Of a stretch of DNA of 64,000 nucleotides, positions 55,529-64,000 are shown piece by piece. Source of the stretch: an uncultured Gammaproteobacteria bacterium (GTDB lineage Bacteria; Patescibacteriota; Patescibacteriia; UBA9934); contig CAYHFQ010000001.1 in the NCBI GenBank assembly GCA_964355955.1, positions 39,419-103,418 of the forward strand. The letters are read 5' to 3'. The notes under the pieces were generated by a model. It had not been told where the DNA came from. It saw only the letters and a program-made list of their open reading frames with translations, and made no database searches. Positions within the stretch are counted from its first letter, which is position 1. The number at the start of each line of letters is the position of its first letter. The position numbers and the translations under genes were made by a program.

Positions 55529-57058
55529 ATGGGGTCTGCTTGTAGTTATGCGTCAGCGTTACTGGGTTTAACAGCACAAACGATACGAGTTGAGGCGGAT
55601 ATTACATCGGGGCTGCCGAAGTTCCTGATTGTCGGTCTGCCAGATACGGCGGTGAATGAATCGCGGGAGAGAGTGAGAGCAGCAATCAAGAATAGTGGCC
55701 TAAAGTTTCCGCGGACACACATTACGATTAATTTGGCGCCGGCGGATGTGAAGAAACAAGGGCCAGCTTATGATTTGGCGATTGCGGTGGCGGTGCTGGC
55801 GGCGCATGGTCATTTCGAGACACCGATCAAGTTAAGTGATTATGTGTTCTTGGGTGAATTAGCGCTTGATGGACGAGTTTGCCCAGTAAGAGGGGCGTTG
55901 CTCGCGGCTATGATGGCCAAAGCACAGGGGTTTAAGGGGATTATCGTCGCCAAGGAAAATGCGGATGAGGCGGCGTTAGTAGCTGACTTGCCGGTGCACC
56001 CGGTGGCGACGCTCGAGGAGTGTTTAGTGTGTTTGGAGGGGATCGATAAGTCGTTTACCACACAGATCAGCCAGCCGGCCGTAGCGACGGAGACTCAACC
56101 AGCGGACGACATGCATAATATTCGCGGACAAGCGCAAGTTAAACGAGCAATGGAAATTGCGGCGGCTGGAGGACATAATATCCTGCTGTCTGGTACACCG
56201 GGTAGTGGCAAGACGATGCTGGCCCGAGCACTGCCGTCGATTCTGCCGACGCTGACGTTTAGCGAAGCGCTCGAGATTACGATGATTCATTCCGTGGCGG
56301 GAACACTTGATGGAGCGAGGGCGTTGGCGGCAGCACGACCATTTCGCAGTCCGCACCATACGAGTTCGGGTACAGCGTTGGTTGGTGGTGGAGCGTGGCC
56401 GAAGCCGGGCGAAGTGTCGCTAGCACACCGCGGCGTGTTGTTTCTGGATGAGTTTCCAGAGTTTTCGCGGACGGTACTCGAAAACTTGCGGCAGCCACTC
56501 GAGGATGGCGTGGTGACAATTTCGCGAGCAGCGGGGACATTAGAATTTCCGGCGCGATTTATGTTGGTGGCGGCCATGAATCCGTGCCCCTGTGGCTTCC
56601 TGAATGACCCAGGACGGGCCTGCACCTGCAATCCGCACCAGATACTCAAGTACCAACAAAAAATCTCCGGGCCGCTGCTCGACCGTATTGATATGTGTTG
56701 CGAAGTGCCGCGCGTCGACTTTGCTAAGTTGACGAGTCGCGAGAACGAAGAATCGTCAGGTGACATTCGAGAACGAGTACAGGCTGCCCGAGATGTGCAA
56801 ACGCAAAGATTCGTGGGCAGCAATGTGCACACGAATGCTGAGCTGCGGTCACAATTACTGCGGGAACACTGTGTGCTCGACGAAGAGAGTAATAACTTAA
56901 TGAAGCACGCCGTCGATAGGTTGGCGATGAGCGCTCGAGGTTATACGCGAGTGTTGCGAGTGGCGAGAACGATTGCGGATTTAGCGGGGGTGTCGATTAT
57001 TACGGCAGGGCATATTGCCGAGGCGTTGCAATACAGGCCCAGGACGGCGGTGCAATGA
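55529..57058 (+). CDS. comM: Mg-chelatase-like AAA+ ATPase YifB/ComM
   Basis: N-terminal Lon-like domain. Walker A GTPGSGKT. ChlI-type AAA+ core and a C-terminal domain. Confidence 0.85.
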   Translation: MGSACSYASALLGLTAQTIRVEADITSGLPKFLIVGLPDTAVNESRERVRAAIKNSGLKFPRTHITINLAPADVKKQGPAYDLAIAVAVLAAHGHFETPIKLSDYVFLGELALDGRVCPVRGALLAAMMAKAQGFKGIIVAKENADEAALVADLPVHPVATLEECLVCLEGIDKSFTTQISQPAVATETQPADDMHNIRGQAQVKRAMEIAAAGGHNILLSGTPGSGKTMLARALPSILPTLTFSEALEITMIHSVAGTLDGARALAAARPFRSPHHTSSGTALVGGGAWPKPGEVSLAHRGVLFLDEFPEFSRTVLENLRQPLEDGVVTISRAAGTLEFPARFMLVAAMNPCPCGFLNDPGRACTCNPHQILKYQQKISGPLLDRIDMCCEVPRVDFAKLTSRENEESSGDIRERVQAARDVQTQRFVGSNVHTNAELRSQLLREHCVLDEESNNLMKHAVDRLAMSARGYTRVLRVARTIADLAGVSIITAGHIAEALQYRPRTAVQ

Positions 57059-57260
57059 AGTTGTCGCTCGCAACCGCCCTGCTTCTCGTTTGGCCATCGT
57101 CGGGTCCTGCCGACTGCGGACCCCATTGGGTGCTCACTAGCGTTGCGCGCCCAATAGGGGACCCCCCTCCGTGTCACCCGACTAGAGGAAGTTGTATACG
57201 AGGCCTTCTCTCGAAGCAGTGCGGCTGCTCGCTCCTACAAGGCTCAGGCTGCTAAAAAGT

Positions 57261-58403
57261 TTAGCGAAGATACTCGAGGGGGTTGCGGAAGTCGTGACGT
57301 CCGCCCTGGCCGATGACTTCGAAGTGCAAGTGAGTACCAGTTGAGGTGCCGGTTGAGCCACAGCGACCAAGTGGGGCGCCGGCGGTGACGGTTTGACCGG
57401 TTTTAACGTAAAGAGAGTAATGGTGACCGTAACGCGTCATAAGGCCATTAGCGTGCTGAATTTCTACGGTGTTGCCGTAGCCATTGCGCCAGCCAGCATA
57501 AGAGACGACACCGTCCATAGCGGCATAGTTATCGTTTGTTGAGGTGCCGTTACTGTGGCCATTACAATCGACGTCGAGGCCAGAGTGAGACCAGCTGAGG
57601 CCACGAACGATGTAGGTGAGATCGGTCGGCCAGAGCATTTTAGCGCCAGCGTAACGGGCTGTGGAAGGCTTGGCAGTAGTCGGTACGGCGGTAAGTACGC
57701 GGCCGGCGGTGCTCGTTTTGACGGCAGGAGCAACGTAAAGGGCTGAGCCGCCAGGAATAATGACCTGCTGACCAACGGTTAAGGTACCACTAGCGTCTAG
57801 CTTGTTGAAGGCGATAATTTTGCTTTGATCGACGCTGTAAAGCTTAGCAATGCGCGCGATAGTGTCGCCCTTCTTAACGGTGGCAGCGATACCGGAGACA
57901 GGCAGAATGGTGAGCGACTGACCAGGTTTAACGAGTGAACGAGAAGTTAGCTTATTAGCCCACAGCAAAGTGTTGAGACTGATGCCGTAACGGGAAGCGA
58001 TAGTCGACAAGGTGTCGCCGCTGCCAACAATATAGGTTTCAATCTTTTCGCGCGGAGCCACGCTAGCACTGCCGTCGGCGATAGTAAGAGCGGAAAGGGA
58101 ACTGCTACCAACGACCATGGAGCTTGGCACCTGTTCGTAACCAATGAGGGTATTGGCATCGAGTGATGGGGTAAGCGTGCTGCCAGCCAGGTATTTAACA
58201 GGAGCTGAGGCGCTGATGTGGGTGACGTTGGCGTATTCGTCGGTTAGCTGCTCGGAGTGTTGGGTGACCAAACCGTACATAAGACTGCGTTGGCCGTAGG
58301 TTTCGGCCCGAACGGTGCCCAATTGGAAATTAACAACACCAGCCACGACAGCAATAACTACAGCCACAATGTGGAGCATGTGACGGTTAGCCAGGGCGTA
58401 CAT
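57261..58403 (-). CDS. LysM-domain M23 (LytM-type) peptidoglycan endopeptidase
   Basis: Two LysM-like segments (…GDTLSTIASRYGISLNTL…, …GDTIARIAKLYSVDQSKI…). C-terminal M23 motif HxxxD…GSTGTSTGTHLHFEV. The ATG start is at 58403; the maximal ORF (TTG) extends to 58649. Confidence 0.8.
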   Translation of the reverse strand: MYALANRHMLHIVAVVIAVVAGVVNFQLGTVRAETYGQRSLMYGLVTQHSEQLTDEYANVTHISASAPVKYLAGSTLTPSLDANTLIGYEQVPSSMVVGSSSLSALTIADGSASVAPREKIETYIVGSGDTLSTIASRYGISLNTLLWANKLTSRSLVKPGQSLTILPVSGIAATVKKGDTIARIAKLYSVDQSKIIAFNKLDASGTLTVGQQVIIPGGSALYVAPAVKTSTAGRVLTAVPTTAKPSTARYAGAKMLWPTDLTYIVRGLSWSHSGLDVDCNGHSNGTSTNDNYAAMDGVVSYAGWRNGYGNTVEIQHANGLMTRYGHHYSLYVKTGQTVTAGAPLGRCGSTGTSTGTHLHFEVIGQGGRHDFRNPLEYLR

Positions 58404-58794
58404 GAACTTGTTTTTGGCGGGGCGGTACCAGTGCTCGAGGCGACGGCGGAGAAGATAAAGACCATGATAAACAGGAACAACAAGATGGGGGAGGACAACC
58501 CGGCCGACGGCTAGAAAGGGCCGAGCGACTACTTTAAGGCTGCGCAAACCAAGGGACTTCGTACGCACTAAAATGCGAACGACGACTAAACTGCCACGGA
58601 CAAAGATGTTCTTGATAGTAGGAATATGCCTAGGGGTCAAGAATAACAACCTATAGAATAGCTCGAAAGCCGTGGGTGGTCAAAGTAGCTCGTTCGAAAG
58701 TGAAAAATAATTTTGCTAACTGTAGCAAAAGAATTGACACATTTTGTCAAGCTGACTATACTCTGGCGACTTAGAATCAGCTGAAATTTTCTTT

Positions 58795-60084
58795 ATGTCA
58801 TACGTTGTTGAACAGCTCCCCGAGAACAAGGCCAAGATCACCGTGACCATCCCAGCAGAAGAGGTAACCGAGGCTTGTCATGTAGCTGCCGAACACATGG
58901 CGGAAGATGTAACCATTCCTGGTTACCGCCCGGGCAAGGCACCTTATGAGGCGATTAAGCAAAAAATTGGTGAAATGGCCATTTTGGAGCACGCCACCGA
59001 AGATTTGGTGCGTCAGACCTTTGTCGCCGCCATGGTCGAAGCTGACTTGGATGTGGTCGGCCAGCCGTTCTTTGCCATGGAGAAGTTGGCTCCAGATAAC
59101 GACTTTATTTACACGGCGGAGATCGCTTTGATGCCGCAGATTACTAAGTTGGCTGATTGGACTAAGTTGTCCGTCGAAAAGAAAGAGACCGAGCCAACTA
59201 AGGAGTTGCTCGAACAGGCCAAGGCCGACATTGTGCGCATGCAGACCAAAGAGGTGAAGGCCGAAGCTGGTCGCGCGCTGACCATGGGCGATAAGGCGAT
59301 TGTGAACCTGACCATGAAGAAGGACGGAGTGGTGCTAGAAGGTGGCGAGAGCAAGAACCATGGTGTATTCACGAATGAGAGCTATTACGTGCCTGGTTTT
59401 GTCGACGAGATTTTGGGCTTGAAAGAAGGTGAGGAAAAGACTTTCACTTTGAACTTCCCAGCCGAGCACTACCAGAAGCACTTGGCCGGTCAGCCGGTTG
59501 ATTTCACCATTAAGTTGAATGAGATCTTCTTACTCCAGCCACCAATGTTTGATGATGCGTTTGCCGTCACCGTTGGTTTGACCAGTGCTAGTGAGATGGA
59601 AGAAAAGCTCATGGAAAACTTGCGCGCCGAGAACAAGATTGAAGAGGCACGACGCTTGGATAAGGCGGTGCTCGACCTCGTGGCCGACAAGTCGACGTTC
59701 GATATTATTCCAGATTTGCTGGTCAACCAAGAAATTGAAAAGATGACGCACGAATTGGAGCACCAGGTAACCAGCCAGGGCATGGACTTCACCCAATACT
59801 TGGCCTCGATCAACAAGTCGTTGACCGACCTCAAGATTGATTTCACCCCAGCCGCCTTGCAACGAATTAAGGTAGGAATTATTTTGAAGAAGATTTCTGC
59901 CGAGGAGAAAGTAACAGTCGACCAAACGGTGCTCGACGCTGAGCTCGACAAAGTTGCTGAGCAGTACAAGGACGACGCTGAGGCTGCTAAACAGATTTAT
60001 GAGCCACAGTACCGGGATTATATTGAGAGGCAGATGGTGAACCGGAAGACCATCGACCTTTTGAAAGAGAAGATGGTGAGGTAA
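58795..60084 (+). CDS. tig: Trigger factor
   Basis: N-terminal ribosome-binding domain with a PGYRPGKAPY motif. PPIase-like middle domain and C-terminal arm. Confidence 0.9.
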   Translation: MSYVVEQLPENKAKITVTIPAEEVTEACHVAAEHMAEDVTIPGYRPGKAPYEAIKQKIGEMAILEHATEDLVRQTFVAAMVEADLDVVGQPFFAMEKLAPDNDFIYTAEIALMPQITKLADWTKLSVEKKETEPTKELLEQAKADIVRMQTKEVKAEAGRALTMGDKAIVNLTMKKDGVVLEGGESKNHGVFTNESYYVPGFVDEILGLKEGEEKTFTLNFPAEHYQKHLAGQPVDFTIKLNEIFLLQPPMFDDAFAVTVGLTSASEMEEKLMENLRAENKIEEARRLDKAVLDLVADKSTFDIIPDLLVNQEIEKMTHELEHQVTSQGMDFTQYLASINKSLTDLKIDFTPAALQRIKVGIILKKISAEEKVTVDQTVLDAELDKVAEQYKDDAEAAKQIYEPQYRDYIERQMVNRKTIDLLKEKMVR

Positions 60085-60097
60085 GTGATGAGAAAAT

Positions 60098-60150
60098 AAA
60101 ACACCTCCTGGAGCTGCGCAAAGCTCCGGGAGATGTTTTATTTTGTCCGA
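60098..60150 (+). terminator. Rho-independent terminator after tig
   Basis: CCTCCTGGAGCTgcgcaaAGCTCCGGGAG followed by ATGTTTTATTTTG. Confidence 0.65.
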
Positions 60151-60184
60151 ATCCAAAGCGTCGATCAGCCACGGCTTGGAAAGG

Positions 60185-60282
60185 GGCGCGAGGGGAGTGC
60201 GGTGCAGCACCCTATTCTCACGCGAGGTTTGTTTATTAATGGGCTCGAGGGGAGTGGTACGGACCACTCGACCCTCACGCAG
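60185..60282. repeat. Two adjacent GC-rich hairpin repeats downstream of paralog gene 2
   Basis: GCGCGAGGGGAGTGcggtgcagCACCCTATTCTCACGCGAGG and CGAGGGGAGTGGtacggaCCACTCgaCCCTCACGCAG. They share their core with the repeat at 60713-60760. Confidence 0.6.
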
Positions 60283-60307
60283 ACTGCTAATCAGTGGTAT
60301 GCCAGTA

Positions 60308-60640
60308 CTACGTCCTCGGCTTCACGTCGAAACGTAAGTTCCAGGAATCCATGTTTTGAACGAAATCAATTTTCAGGCGTTCGGCCAGTCGATCTCGCGA
60401 TGCAAGAACGTTAGGCCAATGCTCATAGGTGATCGGCAAGTACACAATGTGCTGCACATAACCGCGTTGATTATGTACCGCGCAGATGTCACTACCTCCA
60501 CACGTCCTGAAAACGACCTCGTATGAGTAGTGTTCGTCACCCCGGTTACCACGATAGAAGAACAGGAGGTAGTCACCGGTGGTAAGCTGATGATGACGAA
60601 TGCCGTTCTTGGTGAAATGAGTAATGGAGTCAAACAACAT
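60308..60640 (-). CDS. Hypothetical small protein, tandem paralog 2 (His/Cys-containing)
   Basis: 110 aa. The leader immediately upstream (…CTTCGGCACGGAGATAACATG) is almost identical to that of paralog 1. Confidence 0.4.
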   Translation of the reverse strand: MLFDSITHFTKNGIRHHQLTTGDYLLFFYRGNRGDEHYSYEVVFRTCGGSDICAVHNQRGYVQHIVYLPITYEHWPNVLASRDRLAERLKIDFVQNMDSWNLRFDVKPRT

Positions 60641-60712
60641 GTTATCTCCGTGCCGAAGTGATCGGCGTGTGGGTTTACCGGATCTGAAGCATCGAGAATT
60701 CGATACCTCGGA

Positions 60713-60760
60713 AGGGGGCGCGAAGGGAGTGGAGTGAACACTCGACCCTCGCGCAGAGAT
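60713..60760. repeat. GC-rich hairpin repeat downstream of paralog gene 1
   Basis: GCGCGAAGGGAGTGgagtgaaCACTCgaCCCTCGCGCAG. Confidence 0.6.
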
Positions 60761-60769
60761 CCGCAGTTT

Positions 60770-61195
60770 TTAGCTTGTGAAAGCCACAACTGCAAATGAG
60801 ACGCTGCCGCCAGCTTCGTTGACCCATCCGAACTGCCACCCCGTGCCGTTTTCTCCACGGCTCAAGCACTTGAAGTAACATTCGTCGCGCTCGGAGATAA
60901 ACCTCGTCTCCGTGGCCACGACATACCAGCAGTGCAGGGGTACTCGATCCAGAATGGACCGGTTTCGCTCGAGGAACACCAGCACATTGATGTTCACAGG
61001 ATTGAGGTTGGCTTGCCGAGTCTTGCAGGACAGGTTGACGCCGTCGCTCTTCATCGTCTGGAAAAAGACGATTTTGCTCGGGTCTACCTGGCCACATGGC
61101 GCGTGATCTACCTGCTTATGGTGCAACCAGGGGTGGGGGTTGACCAGGGTCAGGGCAGCGTCGCCGTCGATCATGAGGTTGGGATTGATGGACAT
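60770..61195 (-). CDS. Hypothetical small protein, tandem paralog 1 (His/Cys-containing)
   Basis: 141 aa from the ATG at 61195, with GGAG 8 nt upstream. Leader …CTTCGGCACGGAGTCTAACATG. The maximal ORF extends to 61261. Confidence 0.4.
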   Translation of the reverse strand: MSINPNLMIDGDAALTLVNPHPWLHHKQVDHAPCGQVDPSKIVFFQTMKSDGVNLSCKTRQANLNPVNINVLVFLERNRSILDRVPLHCWYVVATETRFISERDECYFKCLSRGENGTGWQFGWVNEAGGSVSFAVVAFTS

Positions 61196-61385
61196 GTTAG
61201 ACTCCGTGCCGAAGATGTCGGCGATGGGTGGTGGTGCCGAGTGTGAGCAGAAGCGCTCCAACTCGACTGAGTACTATACCATATTTTAGTGTTATTTTCA
61301 ATAACTGTATGCCGAGGATTACTGTGTATAAGTCCTATTTACAGCCTTACAGTTGAGTTATATACTGTTACTATATATAACAACT

Positions 61386-62126
61386 ATGGCTATTGCTTAT
61401 ACCGAGACGCTCAGAAATGTGGGGCTCAGTCAGACTGAGGCGGATTTATATGTGGCTTGTACGGCGTTGGGAGAGGCGCCGGCGAGTGTGATTGCCAGAA
61501 AAACGGGGATGAATAGGTCCACTACCTATGTTGGGTTGAAAGCGATGGAGAAAAAGGGGCTAGTTGGGTCCACCGAGACCAATGGCACACAGTTGTTTTA
61601 TGCCAAGGAACCGGATTTGTTATTGAAACAGGCGGAGCGAAGTGTGGAGGATTTACGGAAGACGTTGCCGGATTTGCGGGCGTTGTCGGGCCGGGTGTCG
61701 TCCAAGCAACCGAGAGTGCAGTATTACCCGGGGATTGAGGGGGTGAAGACGGTGCTGGAGGATACGCTGACGGCGAAGGAGACTATTTTGACGTTTGGCG
61801 ATGCAGATTTGGTGGTGGCGAACCTGAAGGATTATTACAGCGACTATATTGCTAGGCGGACGGCGGCGGGGATTAGGACGCAGGCGGTGCTGAATGAGGG
61901 CAATGTGGGTAAGAAGTTTTTTGCGGCGAGTCGGGAAGAGCTGCGTGAGGTGCGGTTGGTACCGAAGACGTATGCGATGCCGAATGAGATCAAGATTTAC
62001 GACGGCAAGGTGGCGATCATGTCGCATAAGTCGCCGTATGGTGGGATTTTGATTCACGACCAGGCGATGTACGAGACGCAACGGTCGATTTTTGCGATGG
62101 CGTGGGAGTTTGCGAAGGGGGAGTAA
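61386..62126 (+). CDS. TrmB-family transcriptional regulator (copy 3)
   Basis: N-terminal wHTH (…LSQTEADLYVACTALGEAPASVIARKTGMNRSTTYVGLKAMEKKGLV…) plus a TrmB-like C-terminal domain. The first ATG is at 61386; the ORF track starts at a TTG at 61353. Confidence 0.7.
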   Translation: MAIAYTETLRNVGLSQTEADLYVACTALGEAPASVIARKTGMNRSTTYVGLKAMEKKGLVGSTETNGTQLFYAKEPDLLLKQAERSVEDLRKTLPDLRALSGRVSSKQPRVQYYPGIEGVKTVLEDTLTAKETILTFGDADLVVANLKDYYSDYIARRTAAGIRTQAVLNEGNVGKKFFAASREELREVRLVPKTYAMPNEIKIYDGKVAIMSHKSPYGGILIHDQAMYETQRSIFAMAWEFAKGE

Positions 62127-62143
62127 AGGGTGTGGTAAAATGC

Positions 62144-62172
62144 GTATAGTAATCTTGATATCGTAAATTGTG
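62144..62172. promoter_or_regulatory. Perfect 9-bp inverted repeat (putative operator) upstream of the ORF6N gene
   Basis: CTTGATATCgtaaattgTGATATCAAG, located 30 nt upstream of the ORF6N start. Confidence 0.3.
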
Positions 62173-62199
62173 ATATCAAGTTCGGAATGATTTAGTTTT

Positions 62200-62712
62200 A
62201 TGCCTTCAACAGTGCCAATAGAAATAATTGAGAATAAAATTTACGTTTTTCGCGGCCAAAAAGTAATGCTTGACCGTGACTTAGCGAAACTTTACGGAGT
62301 TCAAACAAAACGCTTTAATGAAGCTGTTCGAAGAAATATTCGCCGTTTCCCTGAGGATTTTTCTTTTAGACTGACGAAAGATGAGTTTACGAGTTTGAGG
62401 TCGCAAATTGCGACCTCAAACCGTGGAGGCCAACGCTATGAGCCTTTTGTCTTCACAGAACAGGGTATTGCCATGCTCTCTAGCGTCTTGAATAGTGAAA
62501 AGGCAATTGCAATAAATATCCAAATTATTCGTGCATTCATTTATTTACGTGACATGGCGATTGAAAATTCTGATCTCCGTTTGCGTCTGGAATACATAGA
62601 GAAGAATTATGATCAACAGTTTAGGATTATTTTTAATGCTTTACAGAATCCACAACAGAATGACCTGATCGAAGATGATCGAGAACCGATGGGCTTTAAA
62701 GATAACTCTTAA
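62200..62712 (+). CDS. ORF6N-domain protein (phage-associated DNA-binding/antirepressor-like family)
   Basis: …FRGQKVMLDRDLAKLYGVQTKRFNEAVRRNIRRFPEDFSFRLT…EPFVFTEQGIAMLSSVL… matches the ORF6N domain pattern. Confidence 0.65.
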   Translation: MPSTVPIEIIENKIYVFRGQKVMLDRDLAKLYGVQTKRFNEAVRRNIRRFPEDFSFRLTKDEFTSLRSQIATSNRGGQRYEPFVFTEQGIAMLSSVLNSEKAIAINIQIIRAFIYLRDMAIENSDLRLRLEYIEKNYDQQFRIIFNALQNPQQNDLIEDDREPMGFKDNS

Positions 62713-62721
62713 ACATATTTT

Positions 62722-63573
62722 ATGCGCTTTGGGGCTCATGTTAGTGCGGCTGGAGGGTTGTGGAAGGCGGGGGATAGGGGCGCTGCTTTAGGCTGCGAGG
62801 TGATACAGATATTTTCGAGATCACCGCAGGCGTTTGCGGCCAAGGCGATTACGGAGGAGGAGGCCGAAATGTTTAAGGCGGCCATGAAAGAGAATGGGAT
62901 TAAGGACGTGTATATTCACGCGCCGTATATTGTGAATTTAGCGAGTGCGAAGAATACGACCAGGTTTGGGAGTGTGAAGATTTTAAGGGAAGAGCTCGAA
63001 CGGGGGACGCAGCTCGGGGCGAAGGCGATCATGTTTCATCCGGGGAGTGCGAAGGAGGTTGGTGAGGAGGAGGGGAGAGAGTTGGTGATTAAGGGACTCG
63101 ACCGAATTATGGACGGGTACACTGGGAGTTGTCAGTTGCTGATCGAAATTAGTGCTGGGGCTGGGGCGGTGATGGGTGATTCGTTCGAAGAAATTGCGGC
63201 GTTTATTGCTGGTGCTAAACGGGGTAAGGAGATTGGCGTGTGTTTTGATACGCAGCATGCCTTTGCCAGCGGGTACGACCTGAGGACCAAGGCTGACGTC
63301 GACAAAACTTTTGCTGATTTTGATAGGATTATTGGGCTCGATAAATTAGTGGCGAGTCATTGTAATGACAGTAAGGTGGAGTTTGAAGCACATAAAGATC
63401 GGCACCAGCATTTAGGGCATGGTTTTATCGGGGCAGATGCGTTTAAGTATTTAGTGGGGCACCCGAAGTTGAAGCATATCGATTTGATTCTCGAGACGCC
63501 GTTTGATGATGAGGAAGAACCAGGAAATAGGGAGGAGGATATGGCGTTGTTGAAGAAATTTAGGGGCGTATGA
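62722..63573 (+). CDS. nfo: Endonuclease IV (AP endonuclease, Nfo)
   Basis: MRFGAHVSAAGG… N-terminus and a TIM-barrel xylose-isomerase-like sequence with conserved His/Asp/Glu metal ligands (…HAPYIVNLAS…, …FHPGS…, …CFDTQHAFASGYD…). Confidence 0.9.
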   Translation: MRFGAHVSAAGGLWKAGDRGAALGCEVIQIFSRSPQAFAAKAITEEEAEMFKAAMKENGIKDVYIHAPYIVNLASAKNTTRFGSVKILREELERGTQLGAKAIMFHPGSAKEVGEEEGRELVIKGLDRIMDGYTGSCQLLIEISAGAGAVMGDSFEEIAAFIAGAKRGKEIGVCFDTQHAFASGYDLRTKADVDKTFADFDRIIGLDKLVASHCNDSKVEFEAHKDRHQHLGHGFIGADAFKYLVGHPKLKHIDLILETPFDDEEEPGNREEDMALLKKFRGV

Positions 63574-63821
63574 TCCTAACCGTGCATGTAAAACCGAATG
63601 CCAAGGAGACAAAAGTCACGGGGTGGCTCGATTCGGGTACGGTGGTAGTGGCAGTTCATGCGCCGGCGACGGAGGGAAAGGCTAATGAGGAACTGGTGGC
63701 GTTTGTGGCGAAGAGTCTCAAAATGGCGAAGATGTTTGTAGTCTTAAAAAGGGGACACGCGAGTAAGGTAAAACATTTGGAGTTGCCAGATGGGACGTCG
63801 CTCAAAAATTTGGGGCAGTAG
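63570..63821 (+). CDS. DUF167 (YggU-family) protein
   Basis: 83 aa. …VHVKPNAKETKV…VAVHAPATEGKANEELVAFVAK… is typical of the DUF167/YggU family. Overlaps the nfo stop by 4 nt. Confidence 0.7.
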   Translation: MILTVHVKPNAKETKVTGWLDSGTVVVAVHAPATEGKANEELVAFVAKSLKMAKMFVVLKRGHASKVKHLELPDGTSLKNLGQ

Positions 63822-64000
63822 TTAAGGCAAATCGACGCCACCTTTAGTTAAGGGGTGACAACGGAGGATGCGCCAAGAGCCTTTGAGAATGCCCTTAACG
63901 AGGCCGTCGTGCATGATAGAGAGGCGACAGTATTCGGAACAGGAGGGATAGAAGGGGCAGAAACCGTAAGGGTAGAGGCCTTTCATGGGCCCGTGATCAA

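Noticed and set aside
1-64000. CRISPR arrays, IS elements or transposases, and rRNA genes
   Set aside because: No regularly spaced direct repeats with unique spacers, no transposase-like ORFs (only a XerC/D-type recombinase), and no rRNA-like conserved stretches were seen.

Overview
This 64-kb window looks like a bacterial chromosome segment, possibly from a Patescibacteria/CPR-like or other small-genome Gram-positive-type lineage; the lineage call is low-confidence inference. Base composition is strikingly mosaic. Housekeeping genes identified from protein motifs: efp-epmA, the rpsF-ssb-rpsR operon, ychF, rmuC, maf, rpsT, holA, polA, rpsO-pnp, lspA, comM/yifB, tig, nfo, ndh (NDH-2), xerC/D, an M23/LysM peptidase and a Hanks-type Ser/Thr kinase. 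Four tRNAs are present: Ala-CGC, Arg-CCT, Arg-TCT and His-GTG with an encoded G-1. Accessory content includes a complete PvuII-type R-C-M restriction-modification system on an AT-rich island, with a recognisable C-box. A roughly 10-kb minus-strand cell-surface operon encodes an O-antigen-ligase/TPR protein, two giant PT-linker surface proteins and DUF916-like proteins. A truncated T4SS/conjugation-type ATPase sits at the left edge. Three TrmB-family regulators are present. A GC-rich pair of genes (a receiver/Zn-ribbon protein plus a B12-binding radical-SAM enzyme) is followed by an AT-rich choline-kinase-like cassette bracketed by ~43-bp direct repeats, and then a 2-hydroxyacid dehydrogenase and a methyltransferase-SDR fusion. 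The most unusual observation is a ~30-bp palindromic mini-repeat (GCGGGGnnnGGTrACCCCGCCTATTA) in three copies. Two copies sit in frame inside coding sequences (polA and a giant surface protein), each encoding ...IGGVT(A/M)PR(P/S)D...; the third is intergenic. Other signals: two DnaA-box clusters (one in a 1-kb AT-rich non-coding region next to tRNAs), a ~400-nt structured non-coding region upstream of a dksA-like gene, a tandemly duplicated small-gene cassette with conserved leaders and GC-hairpin repeats, and a recurring promoter motif TTCCGC-TAnnnT. No CRISPR array, transposase or rRNA was seen. All coordinates come from the supplied ORF track plus manual reading, and start codons are best guesses.
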